The position numbers and the translations under genes were made by a program. From the IMG/VR virus record IMGVR_UViG_3300030330_006072: DNA of 64,000 bases; one strand, given 5' to 3'. Each line of letters begins with the position of its first letter. Position 1 is the stretch's first letter. This document shows positions 39,903 through 49,386 of this stretch, piece by piece. The notes under the pieces are model-generated. The model searched no databases. It was not told the DNA's origin and saw only the letters and a list, made by a program, of their open reading frames with translations. The DNA comes from an uncultured virus (IMG/VR IMGVR_UViG_3300030330_006072). Its lineage: Duplodnaviria > Heunggongvirae > Uroviricota > Caudoviricetes.

Positions 39903-40223
39903 TTGAGCGCATTAAAATCTTTTAGAACCGAATATGAAATGGGACTCGGAGAGGCCATAACAAGGCACAACTTCCTCCACAAAATCATTACAAGCGGAAT
40001 AGCCAACTCCGAACAGAGAACAGAGTACAAACTGATAACAGATGCGCTCAACCATCTAAAGATTCCCCTAGGGTTCGATTGTAATGAGGATGGAATACCC
40101 GACTCTATAGAAATCTTTATGAAAAGCTCCAAGACATCATGTTGTCGTTTGGTGGAGACATCCAACAGTAGACGCAAAACAACATCCAGATCCTCAAGGA
40201 AAGCTAAAAAAGTTAGAAAGTAA
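39903..40223 (+). CDS. Hypothetical protein with DxNxDG loop and basic tail
   Basis: TTG after aggagg; DCNEDGIPD. Confidence 0.65.
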   Translation: MSALKSFRTEYEMGLGEAITRHNFLHKIITSGIANSEQRTEYKLITDALNHLKIPLGFDCNEDGIPDSIEIFMKSSKTSCCRLVETSNSRRKTTSRSSRKAKKVRK

Positions 40224-40289
40224 TATATTGAAAGTGACATTAAAGTGTGATAGTTTTTTATCACTAAAAACTATTAGACAGAGTAGGCC

Positions 40290-43200
40290 ATGAAACCAGA
40301 AGATAAGAAAACAATAAACGCTCTTGAGGAGCGTTTTAAAGCTATCCAATTAGAATTATTTAAAATATCTAAACAGACAAAGGTATCTGCTTTGTCTTCT
40401 GAATCGGACATTAAAGCGATAAAAGCAGACATTATCAATTCGATTCGTCAATTGGCGGCTTTGCCTCCACCAACAAAAAAGGATGATGTTGGATTTTCTG
40501 GTGCTACCGATGCAATTATGCGTAATTTCCTAGGACTTATCGATAGTGGGGCCGATCCAAGCATAAGCGATTTCTATCGGGCTGTCCAAGTCCTCAAGCG
40601 ACATAGTAAGACACAAATTGGCCTAGAACGTTGGAAAAGATGGAATAAGAGTCTGGAGCCTTTAGCCAAAGAAGAGGCCAAACAAAGCGGTGACGACTTG
40701 ACCAAAAAGTATATTTTTGGATCTGGAAAGATGGAAGGAACGACAAAAGATGGGGGCCTAAAATATAGATTCGATGGAAGAAGTCTTGTTCTGAATAGCG
40801 GGGGAGCCACATTAAACAAAAAAATATATGAAACACTGGCCAAAGCGGGAGTACAAGTTATGGTGGCGGGGATTAAAGGAGTTCCCGACTTAATGATTCC
40901 ATTTCGATATATCCGTACTGCTTTTAAAATTTTAGATAAGGGTAAATTTGCGGGTACGGTTAAAAAAGGAATCCAAGAGCTTAAAACAAAGATTGTGTCA
41001 TGGAAAAAAGTAGCACAAACAGCGGGTGCACAAACCGAACCATCCGAACCAAACGAAGAATATGCTAAAGCTGTGGTCTTCTTGGAGAAATTCACTAAGG
41101 CTTTATTTGGTACGTTCTCTAAAAATACCATTATGTCATTTAAAATTACAGCCGACGTATTGGACGAATGTACGATAAGTGATGTGGATAATTATTCATT
41201 GTGCGCTGCTGAAGAGATTTTTAGACTTTCTAAACCGATGTTTGACAGAAGAAAATACTTGATTCCTCCTTTTCCAAAATCTAAAATAAGTGAAGCAATA
41301 AAGTACTTACGGAGTAACCATCGAGATTTTTATACTTATAGTAGTGGAAAATCAAAGTTAGATTTGAGTCTCATTGATGCTACAGTGGGGAGTGTTAAAA
41401 ATGCGCCCGATAAAGCTTGGAAAGAGGATTTGCTGTTTGTTCTTCTTGTTATCCAAAAGCTGAACAAAAAGGTATGGAAGATTAAACAACAAGGTCTTAC
41501 TATAAAGCCATTTATATTTGAAGGGGATTATATTTATTTCGTTCCTTCCAATAACAGTTTAAACTGGAAGTTAAAAGAGTTTGGCGAAGAAACAGAAGTC
41601 ATACGTCGTAATCGATGGATCGCCAATCGCAATATAAACAATGAGTGGTACAAGGGGTTTTATATTCCCAAATTGGACGCTTTAGCCGAAGAGTTTAAAA
41701 ACTCTGAAAATCTTACACACTTAGAAAAGCCAACATTGCTTTTAAAAGAGTTTGTAAAGAAAAATCGCCCCAAATTTGATGCACTAAAGACAATCGAACC
41801 AGAGAAGACTAAGCCCAAGACAGAGCCAAAGAAGACAGAGCCAAAGAAGACAACAAAACACCAATTGTCAATCTCAAAACGCAAAACAGCCTTGAATTTG
41901 CTTGACGAGTATGCAATTAACTATTCCAAAGACACATACGAGAAAATCAAAGATGGCGATATCGATGATACGCAGCTTGATTTGATACTAAAAATAAATG
42001 ATGCGCTCTCTCAAGTACCCAAAGACAAAAACATTGTAGGAGTATCTTTTTTGCCCAAAGACTTCCAGAAAAAGGAAGAGGAAGAGAATTATTTTACTCT
42101 AACGAGCACAAGATTTGATAGCAAAATCGAGGGTGTTCAATTGGTTATACACACTATCGACGACATAGTCGGTAAATGGTTTGTTTTCAAAAAGAAGATC
42201 AAAAGAGAAATGAAGTATATATATCAAGCCAGAGTCGCCTTGCTTGCAGCTAAGGATACACCTTTATATAAAATCGAAGATGATTATGCACAATCTCGAA
42301 ATTGGTTTGGTCTTACTAACGCTAACGTTCAGACACGCATAGCGTACAGCAACTACGTGCAAGTATTCACCCTAAATAAGTATTTAGGCAAAATAGCCCG
42401 ATACTACGATAAAAAGGGGCAGTATGCATTTGCTTATGGTATCCGATCGGTATTGTTGAGAAGAGCACCTATATTTGACGATTGTTCCGAGCTTGCCGAG
42501 CTTTGGGGCAAAGGCGAGTTTAAAGATGTTGATCCCACGCTCCTTAAGAAAATCAAAAAGATGATTCCTAAAAAATTCGAGGCGGATGGGATTATTCCTT
42601 CTAAACAGGTCGGTGTACCCGCTAAAAAAGTAAAGTTTAAACCTTATGAGTATCAACAAATCGGATCTGCTTTTGCTTGGATGGCGGGTGGCCGAGCCTA
42701 TATCGGGGACACGATGGGCCTTGGCAAGACGATACAAGGGCTTCTCTTCCTCTCTATCGGTGAAGAACAGGGAAAAAAGGTTTATCCCGCTTTAATCGTA
42801 TGTCCAGCGGGTCTACAAGACAATTGGATCAAAGAGATCAATGCTTGGCTTCCCACCAAAACCGTATCTAAAATAGATTCAAAAGAAAAAACAGATATTA
42901 CGGTGACATCGTTCAACAAAGTAAATAATTACTCTTCTTTCATAGAGGATCGTAAATTCAAAACCTTTATCGTAGACGAAGCACACTATATCAAAAATGA
43001 AAAAAGCATGCGTAGCAAGTCATTTAGGCTTTTGGCTACAAGGAAGGATGATAAAGATGAGTTTATAACCCCTTATATTCTCTTATTGTCGGGTACTCCG
43101 TTGGAAAATAGGGTAGATGAGCTTTTCGCTCAGTTTAATGCGCTACGTCCCGATCTTTTCCCCTCTAAAGAAGCCTTTAATATGGCTTTTAGCCCCAAGG

Positions 43201-44648
43201 TCACGAGGATTACAAAGGATGGATTCAAATACCAAGTAGAAGATAGGGAGGCTGTAGAGGCACAAGATTTGAGAACCAAATTAAGCAAGGCGATTAGATG
43301 TATAATGATTCGTCGTCTAAAAAGCGATGTGCAAAACACCTTAAAACTACCTAATAAGCGTAGAATACTGGTTAATGCAGAGGTAGGAGAAGAAGCACGT
43401 AAACTCTATAAAAAAATGCAAGATGAAACACGCAATTTGATAGCAAAGTCACTACAAAAGCGTTTTACTCTGGACATTGCCAAAATGATAAAAGGCGGTA
43501 TTTTGCCCAAAGAGGCGATTGATTCAACCAAAGACTTTATCGAAAATGAGTTAAACATTATCGGTCAAATCGAAAAAACTGTACTTGCGGTGTATGGATA
43601 TTTGAGACGTGCAGCGGGAGAAGCCAAAATTCCAGTCGCTACGCAATGGGTCAAGGACTTTGTAACCAAAACAAAGAAACCTCTTCTCATTTGGGTAGAT
43701 CATCAAAAAGTGCTTAACTCTATGGTAGACGCTTTGAAAGAAATCAATGTGTCTTATGGGGTGATAGATGGTTCTGTATCAAGCAAAAAGAGATCCGAGC
43801 TTGTAGACCAATTTCAAAATGGCGAATTGCAAGCTATGGTTATGACTAAGGCGGGCCGAGAGGGACTAACCTTGACTCAAGCATCGGATGCTTTATTTGT
43901 TGAACGGTGGTTGGTTCCGACGTGGGAAGAACAGGCCGAGGATAGAATATATCGTATTGGTCAAGATAAAGATGTTGATATTCATTATCTTCAGTTTAAA
44001 GGGAGCTTTGACGATAAGATCGAAGAAATGATTAACAGCAAAAGAGCGATTATTGACGCTGTAGTCGGAGAAGAGGAAGTCCAGAAGGGATCTTCTGACA
44101 CAAAGATCGAGGATAGTTTGATTAAGAAGATTAGTGCGGATATGACGAAAAGAATTGTAAGTGAATTGTCTGACGCACCTCTGACAAACAAAGAATTGAT
44201 GCCTACAAAGAAAATGATCAAGGACGCTCTTGTGGAGTTAGGAGCACAAAGAGAGCTTTTGCAGTTTAAAGAACAAGTAGACGCACCTATACAAAAAGTC
44301 TTTAAGGGTACGAGGCCATCGGATCGGGCTAAGGTTAGAGTCCAGATATGGAACGACATACCCAACAATGGCATATCTCTTGTTGAATTCAAAGATAGCC
44401 GAGGATCATCCATGTACAATAAGATGAAGAAGGATCGGAATATTAGAATCGTAGAACAAAGAGAGCGAGTCCCAATAACTGACGTGGGTTTTTCTCCAAA
44501 AGTTAGATTTGCAATAAGAGAGGCTATGAATCTTCCCGATAAAAGACTACCTATGTACGATGCAAAAAAACTAATGACAAAACAACAAATAAAACAAATG
44601 CTTGATTTGGGATATGCCCAAATCGTAAAACAGGATATAGAAATATGA
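40290..44648 (+). CDS. Large SNF2-family ATPase with N-terminal shared tag
   Basis: Starts MKPEDKKTINALEERFKAIQLELF; DTMGLGKT, DEAH, SGTP, QAEDRIYRIGQ. Confidence 0.9.
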   Translation: MKPEDKKTINALEERFKAIQLELFKISKQTKVSALSSESDIKAIKADIINSIRQLAALPPPTKKDDVGFSGATDAIMRNFLGLIDSGADPSISDFYRAVQVLKRHSKTQIGLERWKRWNKSLEPLAKEEAKQSGDDLTKKYIFGSGKMEGTTKDGGLKYRFDGRSLVLNSGGATLNKKIYETLAKAGVQVMVAGIKGVPDLMIPFRYIRTAFKILDKGKFAGTVKKGIQELKTKIVSWKKVAQTAGAQTEPSEPNEEYAKAVVFLEKFTKALFGTFSKNTIMSFKITADVLDECTISDVDNYSLCAAEEIFRLSKPMFDRRKYLIPPFPKSKISEAIKYLRSNHRDFYTYSSGKSKLDLSLIDATVGSVKNAPDKAWKEDLLFVLLVIQKLNKKVWKIKQQGLTIKPFIFEGDYIYFVPSNNSLNWKLKEFGEETEVIRRNRWIANRNINNEWYKGFYIPKLDALAEEFKNSENLTHLEKPTLLLKEFVKKNRPKFDALKTIEPEKTKPKTEPKKTEPKKTTKHQLSISKRKTALNLLDEYAINYSKDTYEKIKDGDIDDTQLDLILKINDALSQVPKDKNIVGVSFLPKDFQKKEEEENYFTLTSTRFDSKIEGVQLVIHTIDDIVGKWFVFKKKIKREMKYIYQARVALLAAKDTPLYKIEDDYAQSRNWFGLTNANVQTRIAYSNYVQVFTLNKYLGKIARYYDKKGQYAFAYGIRSVLLRRAPIFDDCSELAELWGKGEFKDVDPTLLKKIKKMIPKKFEADGIIPSKQVGVPAKKVKFKPYEYQQIGSAFAWMAGGRAYIGDTMGLGKTIQGLLFLSIGEEQGKKVYPALIVCPAGLQDNWIKEINAWLPTKTVSKIDSKEKTDITVTSFNKVNNYSSFIEDRKFKTFIVDEAHYIKNEKSMRSKSFRLLATRKDDKDEFITPYILLLSGTPLENRVDELFAQFNALRPDLFPSKEAFNMAFSPKVTRITKDGFKYQVEDREAVEAQDLRTKLSKAIRCIMIRRLKSDVQNTLKLPNKRRILVNAEVGEEARKLYKKMQDETRNLIAKSLQKRFTLDIAKMIKGGILPKEAIDSTKDFIENELNIIGQIEKTVLAVYGYLRRAAGEAKIPVATQWVKDFVTKTKKPLLIWVDHQKVLNSMVDALKEINVSYGVIDGSVSSKKRSELVDQFQNGELQAMVMTKAGREGLTLTQASDALFVERWLVPTWEEQAEDRIYRIGQDKDVDIHYLQFKGSFDDKIEEMINSKRAIIDAVVGEEEVQKGSSDTKIEDSLIKKISADMTKRIVSELSDAPLTNKELMPTKKMIKDALVELGAQRELLQFKEQVDAPIQKVFKGTRPSDRAKVRVQIWNDIPNNGISLVEFKDSRGSSMYNKMKKDRNIRIVEQRERVPITDVGFSPKVRFAIREAMNLPDKRLPMYDAKKLMTKQQIKQMLDLGYAQIVKQDIEI

Positions 44649-44998
44649 TTTATGTTATTTTAATGTTGGCAGCGTGGGGTTTATGTTTTGGATTTCAGCA
44701 TAAAGTCCCGATGCTGCATGGAAAGAGCAAATTTATAGATTCCATGTTGGCATGCACCTTCTGTACTGGTTTTCACACTGGATACATGGTCTGGTTGTTA
44801 TGGATGGGATCTAAGATGGAAATTGCCACAACAGGAGTATTTGAGATTCATCTTGGGATGCTTCTAGGCCAGTCGATAAAGATTTTGTGTGAGGGTGCAA
44901 TATACGCATTCGCCAGTGGTGCATTCTGTTACATGGCGGATACATGGACTCGATACCTAGAGAGCAATTCGGAGCCTATCGAGCTTGAGGAAGAATAA
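44645..44998 (+). CDS. DUF1360-like membrane protein
   Basis: LACTFCTGFH within TM segments. Confidence 0.55.
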   Translation: MIYVILMLAAWGLCFGFQHKVPMLHGKSKFIDSMLACTFCTGFHTGYMVWLLWMGSKMEIATTGVFEIHLGMLLGQSIKILCEGAIYAFASGAFCYMADTWTRYLESNSEPIELEEE

Positions 44999-45229
44999 AG
45001 ATGAAACCAACAGATAGAAAAAAAGATGCTAAAAAAATAACTAAAAAACTGCAAGGTCGAAGCGGAAATATTCCAGTATACAACTTTTCCAAGTTTCCCC
45101 TGTCCTATATCTCTAAATACTCCTAGATTTGATATTAATACAGCGTTCTAAAAACGCTGTTTTAGACTCTCTTAGATAGAATTTTAAATAAAAACATCTG
45201 GATTGTGTCTTAGGGATGGTTTTTATTCT

Positions 45230-45272
45230 TTGACACTGGTTGTATAGTGTGATACGCTTTATAGGCAAACTA
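45230..45272 (+). promoter_or_regulatory. Strong sigma70 early promoter, copy 1
   Basis: TTGACA-N17-TACGCT with extended TG; tatagtgtgatacRctttataggcaaacta shared with the copy at 47078. Confidence 0.85.
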
Positions 45273-45300
45273 GCAAAACCAAAAACAAAGGAGTAAAAAC

Positions 45301-45795
45301 GTGTCTCTAACAATGCCATCTGTATATCTGCTTCCGCCAGTGGATAGAAGAATACAAGAACAACAAGAAGAAATCGAGGCTTTAAAGGCCGAGAACGCAA
45401 AACTAAAAACAAAGATCGCCAAGATCGCCAAAAGAACAAGGAAAAAGAGATATACCTATACAGTCCTATTTCGTGCCACAATCGATCCCTCTGTCGAGGT
45501 TCGGTCGTTTCATCATAGAGGCGACCCAATAGAAGTCCAGTACATTAAGGCCCGCAACATCAATGCAGCGTTACGCAAAGCTATGCAAATGCAAGACGAG
45601 TTTAAGGGCTATGTCGAGGTTATGGTCGGTCGTGGTAAATGCTACGAACCCTGTTTTGGGGGAATCTGCGGTACGACGATTTACTGGAGAACATGTGCAG
45701 AAGGGAACAAAAGACGACGTTGGTTGCGACAACCTCACTCTGAATGGGGTTATCGTGATTGGGTATATTATCCGCTTCGTAAAAAAAACAAATAA
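45301..45795 (+). CDS. Early hypothetical protein
   Basis: GTG after aacaaaggag. Confidence 0.7.
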   Translation: MSLTMPSVYLLPPVDRRIQEQQEEIEALKAENAKLKTKIAKIAKRTRKKRYTYTVLFRATIDPSVEVRSFHHRGDPIEVQYIKARNINAALRKAMQMQDEFKGYVEVMVGRGKCYEPCFGGICGTTIYWRTCAEGNKRRRWLRQPHSEWGYRDWVYYPLRKKNK

Positions 45796-45818
45796 ACATC
45801 TAAAAAACAAACTAACCT

Positions 45819-45841
45819 AGCCCGCTAAAAAGCGGGCTTTT
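45819..45841 (+). terminator. Rho-independent terminator
   Basis: agcccgct-aaaa-agcgggct plus Ts. Confidence 0.7.
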
Positions 45842-45856
45842 ACAAAGGAGAAAACA

Positions 45857-46093
45857 ATGCCTAGAATAGAAAACACTGGAGGGACGACAACTGCGGACGT
45901 ATGTGCCGACTGTTGGGATGAATACTATATGGAAAGCTTTGAGGAAATGGGTATCAAAATCTATGGCTGCGACCCTATGGGAGACAGCAGCGAAGAGATT
46001 GATACTCCTGTCTCATACGAATATGAATACCAAACAGGAAGTCCCTATCTATGCGAATGCTGTTTCAAAGAACTTAGAAGTGAAGACCAATAA
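45857..46093 (+). CDS. Small acidic Cys-motif protein
   Basis: CADC...CECC; RBS aaaggag. Confidence 0.7.
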   Translation: MPRIENTGGTTTADVCADCWDEYYMESFEEMGIKIYGCDPMGDSSEEIDTPVSYEYEYQTGSPYLCECCFKELRSEDQ

Positions 46094-46106
46094 CAAAGGA
46101 GAAAAA

Positions 46107-46361
46107 ATGTACATAATAATTCGAACATACTATTACTTTGATCAACCCAATAAAGGCTATGCCATAAAGGATGCTTGGGGGGATATAGTGACTTTTAAAA
46201 CCAAACAGGACGCTCTGGACTATCTAAACCATGTCTATGGGCCAGTCTCCAACCTACAGAGCGCACAATCACATTACAGCCAGACAGGGCTATACGAGTT
46301 GCGCCACAACGAACATGCTAGACCAACATTTCAAATTAGAAAACACAACAAAGGAGCGTAA
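46107..46361 (+). CDS. Early hypothetical protein
   Basis: aacaaaggag RBS places the start at 46107 (MYIII). Confidence 0.7.
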   Translation: MYIIIRTYYYFDQPNKGYAIKDAWGDIVTFKTKQDALDYLNHVYGPVSNLQSAQSHYSQTGLYELRHNEHARPTFQIRKHNKGA

Positions 46362-46364
46362 ACA

Positions 46365-46586
46365 ATGAATGAATTTTTTTACTACTGGAAAGTCAGCATT
46401 TGCAAAAACTACCGTAGAGAATACCATTATTTTTCGAGCTTATCTAAGGCGCAGCGATTTATCAGTCACTTTGTAATGGACTGCTTAGAGGATAATGGGC
46501 ATCCGCCAACAGGCCAGATAATTATGACAGTGAAGAGTACGACGTCTCATGGTATACCTAAGATCATCGATGGGGAAGGAGCGTAA
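46365..46586 (+). CDS. Early hypothetical protein
   Basis: aaggagcgtaaacaATG junction. Confidence 0.7.
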   Translation: MNEFFYYWKVSICKNYRREYHYFSSLSKAQRFISHFVMDCLEDNGHPPTGQIIMTVKSTTSHGIPKIIDGEGA

Positions 46587-46589
46587 ACA

Positions 46590-46997
46590 ATGAACGAGAA
46601 TGAAACAGAAAGAAATAGTCTCATTTCCCAAATTGGCGATACTTTTGAAGAATGCAAATACCTATCCACAATGTCACAAAAAGAAGTCGAAACACTGGTT
46701 AGTTTATGGGACAGCTTAATTTGTACCTTAACGGATGATAGGCTTGAAAAACTACCATTATCGACACTGATAGCAATTGCAAAAATAAGCGAGACTCTTA
46801 AGGCCAAAAAAATGATAACCCTTTATGTCTTGGTCGGAATAGATCCTTGTGGAATAGAATGCAGTTGGTGCTACGCTCTGGAGAGAGCGAGCTTACCGAT
46901 CGGAGGTTGGGCCAATCAAGGCTTAGAGGAACGTATCGACATCATTTCCGTACCTCCCGATGACCCTAGGGCACAAATGGCACACACTATCGAGTAA
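46590..46997 (+). CDS. Early hypothetical protein
   Basis: Identical aaggagcgtaaacaATG junction. Confidence 0.7.
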   Translation: MNENETERNSLISQIGDTFEECKYLSTMSQKEVETLVSLWDSLICTLTDDRLEKLPLSTLIAIAKISETLKAKKMITLYVLVGIDPCGIECSWCYALERASLPIGGWANQGLEERIDIISVPPDDPRAQMAHTIE

Positions 46998-47023
46998 CTG
47001 CACAATAACAATAATCCCTATCT

Positions 47024-47052
47024 AAGAGCCTCCAGTACTGGAGGCTCTTTTA
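47024..47052 (+). terminator. Perfect 26-bp palindrome plus T-tract (GCCTCCAG family)
   Basis: aagagcctccagt|actggaggctctt followed by ttaattt. Confidence 0.75.
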
Positions 47053-47077
47053 ATTTCCTCTAAAATAAATAGACTGT

Positions 47078-47120
47078 TTGACAGCCTTTTTATAGTGTGA
47101 TACACTTTATAGGCAAACTA
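47078..47120 (+). promoter_or_regulatory. Strong sigma70 early promoter, copy 2
   Basis: TTGACA-N17-TACACT with extended TG. Confidence 0.85.
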
Positions 47121-47137
47121 AACAAAGGAGCAACAAA

Positions 47138-47350
47138 GTGTACAAAGCAACGATAAAAATAACCGCAGAGATGATCGAAAAGATTGAAAAAGGTGAAATA
47201 AAAATCAAAAGCGGACAATGGGTTCAATACGAATGGCTAACAAATAAGTCTCGTTTCGTGGGTGTCACTCGAAGCGGATCAGTTTGGGCGGTGCATAGTA
47301 AGTATGGAAAATTCAACATTCAAGCAAAAAGAATCCAACGATTCAAGTAA
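47138..47350 (+). CDS. Early hypothetical protein
   Basis: GTG after aacaaaggag. Confidence 0.7.
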   Translation: MYKATIKITAEMIEKIEKGEIKIKSGQWVQYEWLTNKSRFVGVTRSGSVWAVHSKYGKFNIQAKRIQRFK

Positions 47351-47370
47351 AAAACAAAGGAGCAAAAACA

Positions 47371-47751
47371 ATGAATCTAAGAATAGACAATCACTGGACT
47401 ACAACATTGAGCGAGTTTATCGCAGACAACGAAGAAGAGGGATGCATCCCGCTAACCGAGGCGGAGAAAGCTGATCTCCAAAGCCTTAGCGTCGGAGACG
47501 AAATTATCATAGAGACAATGCACATTGAGCGTATCGCAGACAACACCTCCTACTATGTCGTTATCCAAAAAGGATATGCAGTATTTGGTGCGGGAGTCAC
47601 CAGACAGGAGGCATGGATAGCAGCGCAAGAATGGATGGATGCCGATGGGAATTATCCCACCGACGTTTCAAGCTTGCCAAGCTACAACACTGCAAACGTT
47701 GGTGATTTTTGTTGTGTCACCAAAGACGAATACGATCTAGGCAACTGCTAA
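47371..47751 (+). CDS. Early acidic hypothetical protein
   Basis: aacaaaggag RBS. Confidence 0.7.
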   Translation: MNLRIDNHWTTTLSEFIADNEEEGCIPLTEAEKADLQSLSVGDEIIIETMHIERIADNTSYYVVIQKGYAVFGAGVTRQEAWIAAQEWMDADGNYPTDVSSLPSYNTANVGDFCCVTKDEYDLGNC

Positions 47752-47774
47752 ACCAAACAAAGGAGTAAAAAACA

Positions 47775-48071
47775 ATGAATAAAAAAGACGTTAAAGACTT
47801 ACTGCATGTCAAAAAGAAAATAGGCAAATATGGGGATAAATTTCAACTCATCCTCTTTGTCAATGATGAGGATCATTTTGCCATCTATGGTAATCACAAA
47901 GGATCACTTAAAAAAGTTTGTAAGCAAATCGCCAAAGTCTCTTCTATCCGCATCGAGATAGTGGAGTACTGGAAGAATGACGAAGACGAATATTGCGATT
48001 GTGGTTTTGGCTCACAATCAATGATGAGTTTTGAAGAATGGGCGCAAGAATTCAATTGGAAAAATAAGTAA
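47775..48071 (+). CDS. Early hypothetical protein
   Basis: aacaaaggag RBS. Confidence 0.7.
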   Translation: MNKKDVKDLLHVKKKIGKYGDKFQLILFVNDEDHFAIYGNHKGSLKKVCKQIAKVSSIRIEIVEYWKNDEDEYCDCGFGSQSMMSFEEWAQEFNWKNK

Positions 48072-48097
48072 ACCAAACCAAACCAAACCATCTAAGG

Positions 48098-48121
48098 GCC
48101 TCCAGTACTGGAGGCTCTTTT
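48098..48121 (+). terminator. Palindrome plus T-tract (GCCTCCAG family)
   Basis: gcctccagt|actggaggc followed by tcttttaattt. Confidence 0.7.
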
Positions 48122-48179
48122 AATTTAAGATTATGATAAAATCATGTATATAATTAACCTATAAAAAGAGACAAATTAT

Positions 48180-48644
48180 ATGAGGATTAAAAGAATGGAA
48201 ACGGTATTAATAGGTATCATTGGACTACTGGTCGGAGTCGGTGCAACGCTTGGAACACAACAAGCTCTTAAAGGCGACCAAGATCGGACTGAAGACGTTT
48301 TAAAGGCGATTAAGGATCTTGAGTCTGAAATCGACAAAGCCGAGGCACAAGCGACCAAGAACCTCACGCAAACGGATCTCTTGGAAGTGCCTTGTAGCGC
48401 ACAATATATCATCGACAATGGTGAGGGTTTGTGTCGAGAGATGTGGTGTCGCATGAATAGACAGGGAAGCGCACAAGGGGCGGAGTCCTCCGAATGCAAT
48501 GCTATCTCCAACACAATCAACAGCAAGTTTATCGTAGAGCAATGTATGAAGCTCTGGAATGATGAATCAACAGCGGGACGAAGAGGAATAGATCAGAACA
48601 GTAAATTCGCTCAATGTCTACACATATTCGACAAACGAAAATAG
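48180..48644 (+). CDS. N-terminally anchored protein with a Cys-rich domain
   Basis: VLIGIIGLLVGVGATLG TM, coiled coil, six Cys. Confidence 0.7.
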   Translation: MRIKRMETVLIGIIGLLVGVGATLGTQQALKGDQDRTEDVLKAIKDLESEIDKAEAQATKNLTQTDLLEVPCSAQYIIDNGEGLCREMWCRMNRQGSAQGAESSECNAISNTINSKFIVEQCMKLWNDESTAGRRGIDQNSKFAQCLHIFDKRK

Positions 48645-48648
48645 AAGA

Positions 48649-48677
48649 TTGACAATGGTTGCTGACAACAGTATATT
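48649..48677 (+). promoter_or_regulatory. Sigma70-type promoter of the replication block
   Basis: TTGACA-N17-TATATT followed by a 5' hairpin (48681-48703). Confidence 0.8.
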
Positions 48678-48726
48678 TAAGGGTGCGCTGCTGTAGTGCA
48701 TCCAACCAAAAATCAAACGAGAAAAA

Positions 48727-49386
48727 ATGAGAAAACATATAAATTTTGCATCCCTAACAGGTACTCCAGATGGTGATCCTGTTCAGCCAATAGAGGGATG
48801 TTTCAAGGCGGTTGTCGTCGCCTTTCAAATCAAGCCTTGGAAACACAAGAAAGGTGCAAGCGGTTTCGCTACACATTTTTCTGTCGAGTTTTCTTATCAA
48901 AATGATAAGAAGATTCGTGAAGTGGTTCTCCAACATCCATTTCTTCATCCATTGGAGGAAAATGTATCAATACAGAAAAAAAGAGGGGAACGATGGCTAT
49001 CACTGGTTGATAGTCTCCAACTCAATAAAAATGAAGTAGAAAAACTATGCCAACATTTCTACGAGCCTATAACCTCCGAGAATTGGGAAGGCTTAAATTC
49101 AGAAATAGAAATACAAGCCAAAAAACGAAAGCTTTTTGAACAGGTACAAGAACAAATTAATGAGAGTTACGATGTTTTAGATTTCTTGTTTAATTGTGGT
49201 AAAGGAAGGCCCTGTTTGGTGGAAATTAGGGATAAATCTAAAAATAGAACATGGCCCGATCATAGATTCCTCACTAAGCGAGGATTTGAGCACCTATCGA
49301 ATCCAGAACCAAAAGAAGAAAGCAAAGCTCCAGTCCAAGTATCTGGGGATGCTCCAGAGGATTTTTGGGGGCAAAATGAAAGTTAG
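48727..49386 (+). CDS. Possible ssDNA-binding protein (DUF669-like)
   Basis: Precedes the primase; beta-rich N-terminus; acidic-aromatic tail APEDFW. Confidence 0.4.
   Translation: MRKHINFASLTGTPDGDPVQPIEGCFKAVVVAFQIKPWKHKKGASGFATHFSVEFSYQNDKKIREVVLQHPFLHPLEENVSIQKKRGERWLSLVDSLQLNKNEVEKLCQHFYEPITSENWEGLNSEIEIQAKKRKLFEQVQEQINESYDVLDFLFNCGKGRPCLVEIRDKSKNRTWPDHRFLTKRGFEHLSNPEPKEESKAPVQVSGDAPEDFWGQNES

Noticed and set aside
45001..45126. 41-aa ORF MKPTDRKKDAKKITKKLQGR as another tag copy
   Set aside because: Lacks the invariant AL and RF; resemblance to 40290 is limited to the first codons
48681..48708. tRNA-Ala-like minihelix (GGG...TCC with G:U pair, then AACCA)
   Set aside because: No D, anticodon or T arms and an extra base before ACCA; better explained as a 5' hairpin after the promoter
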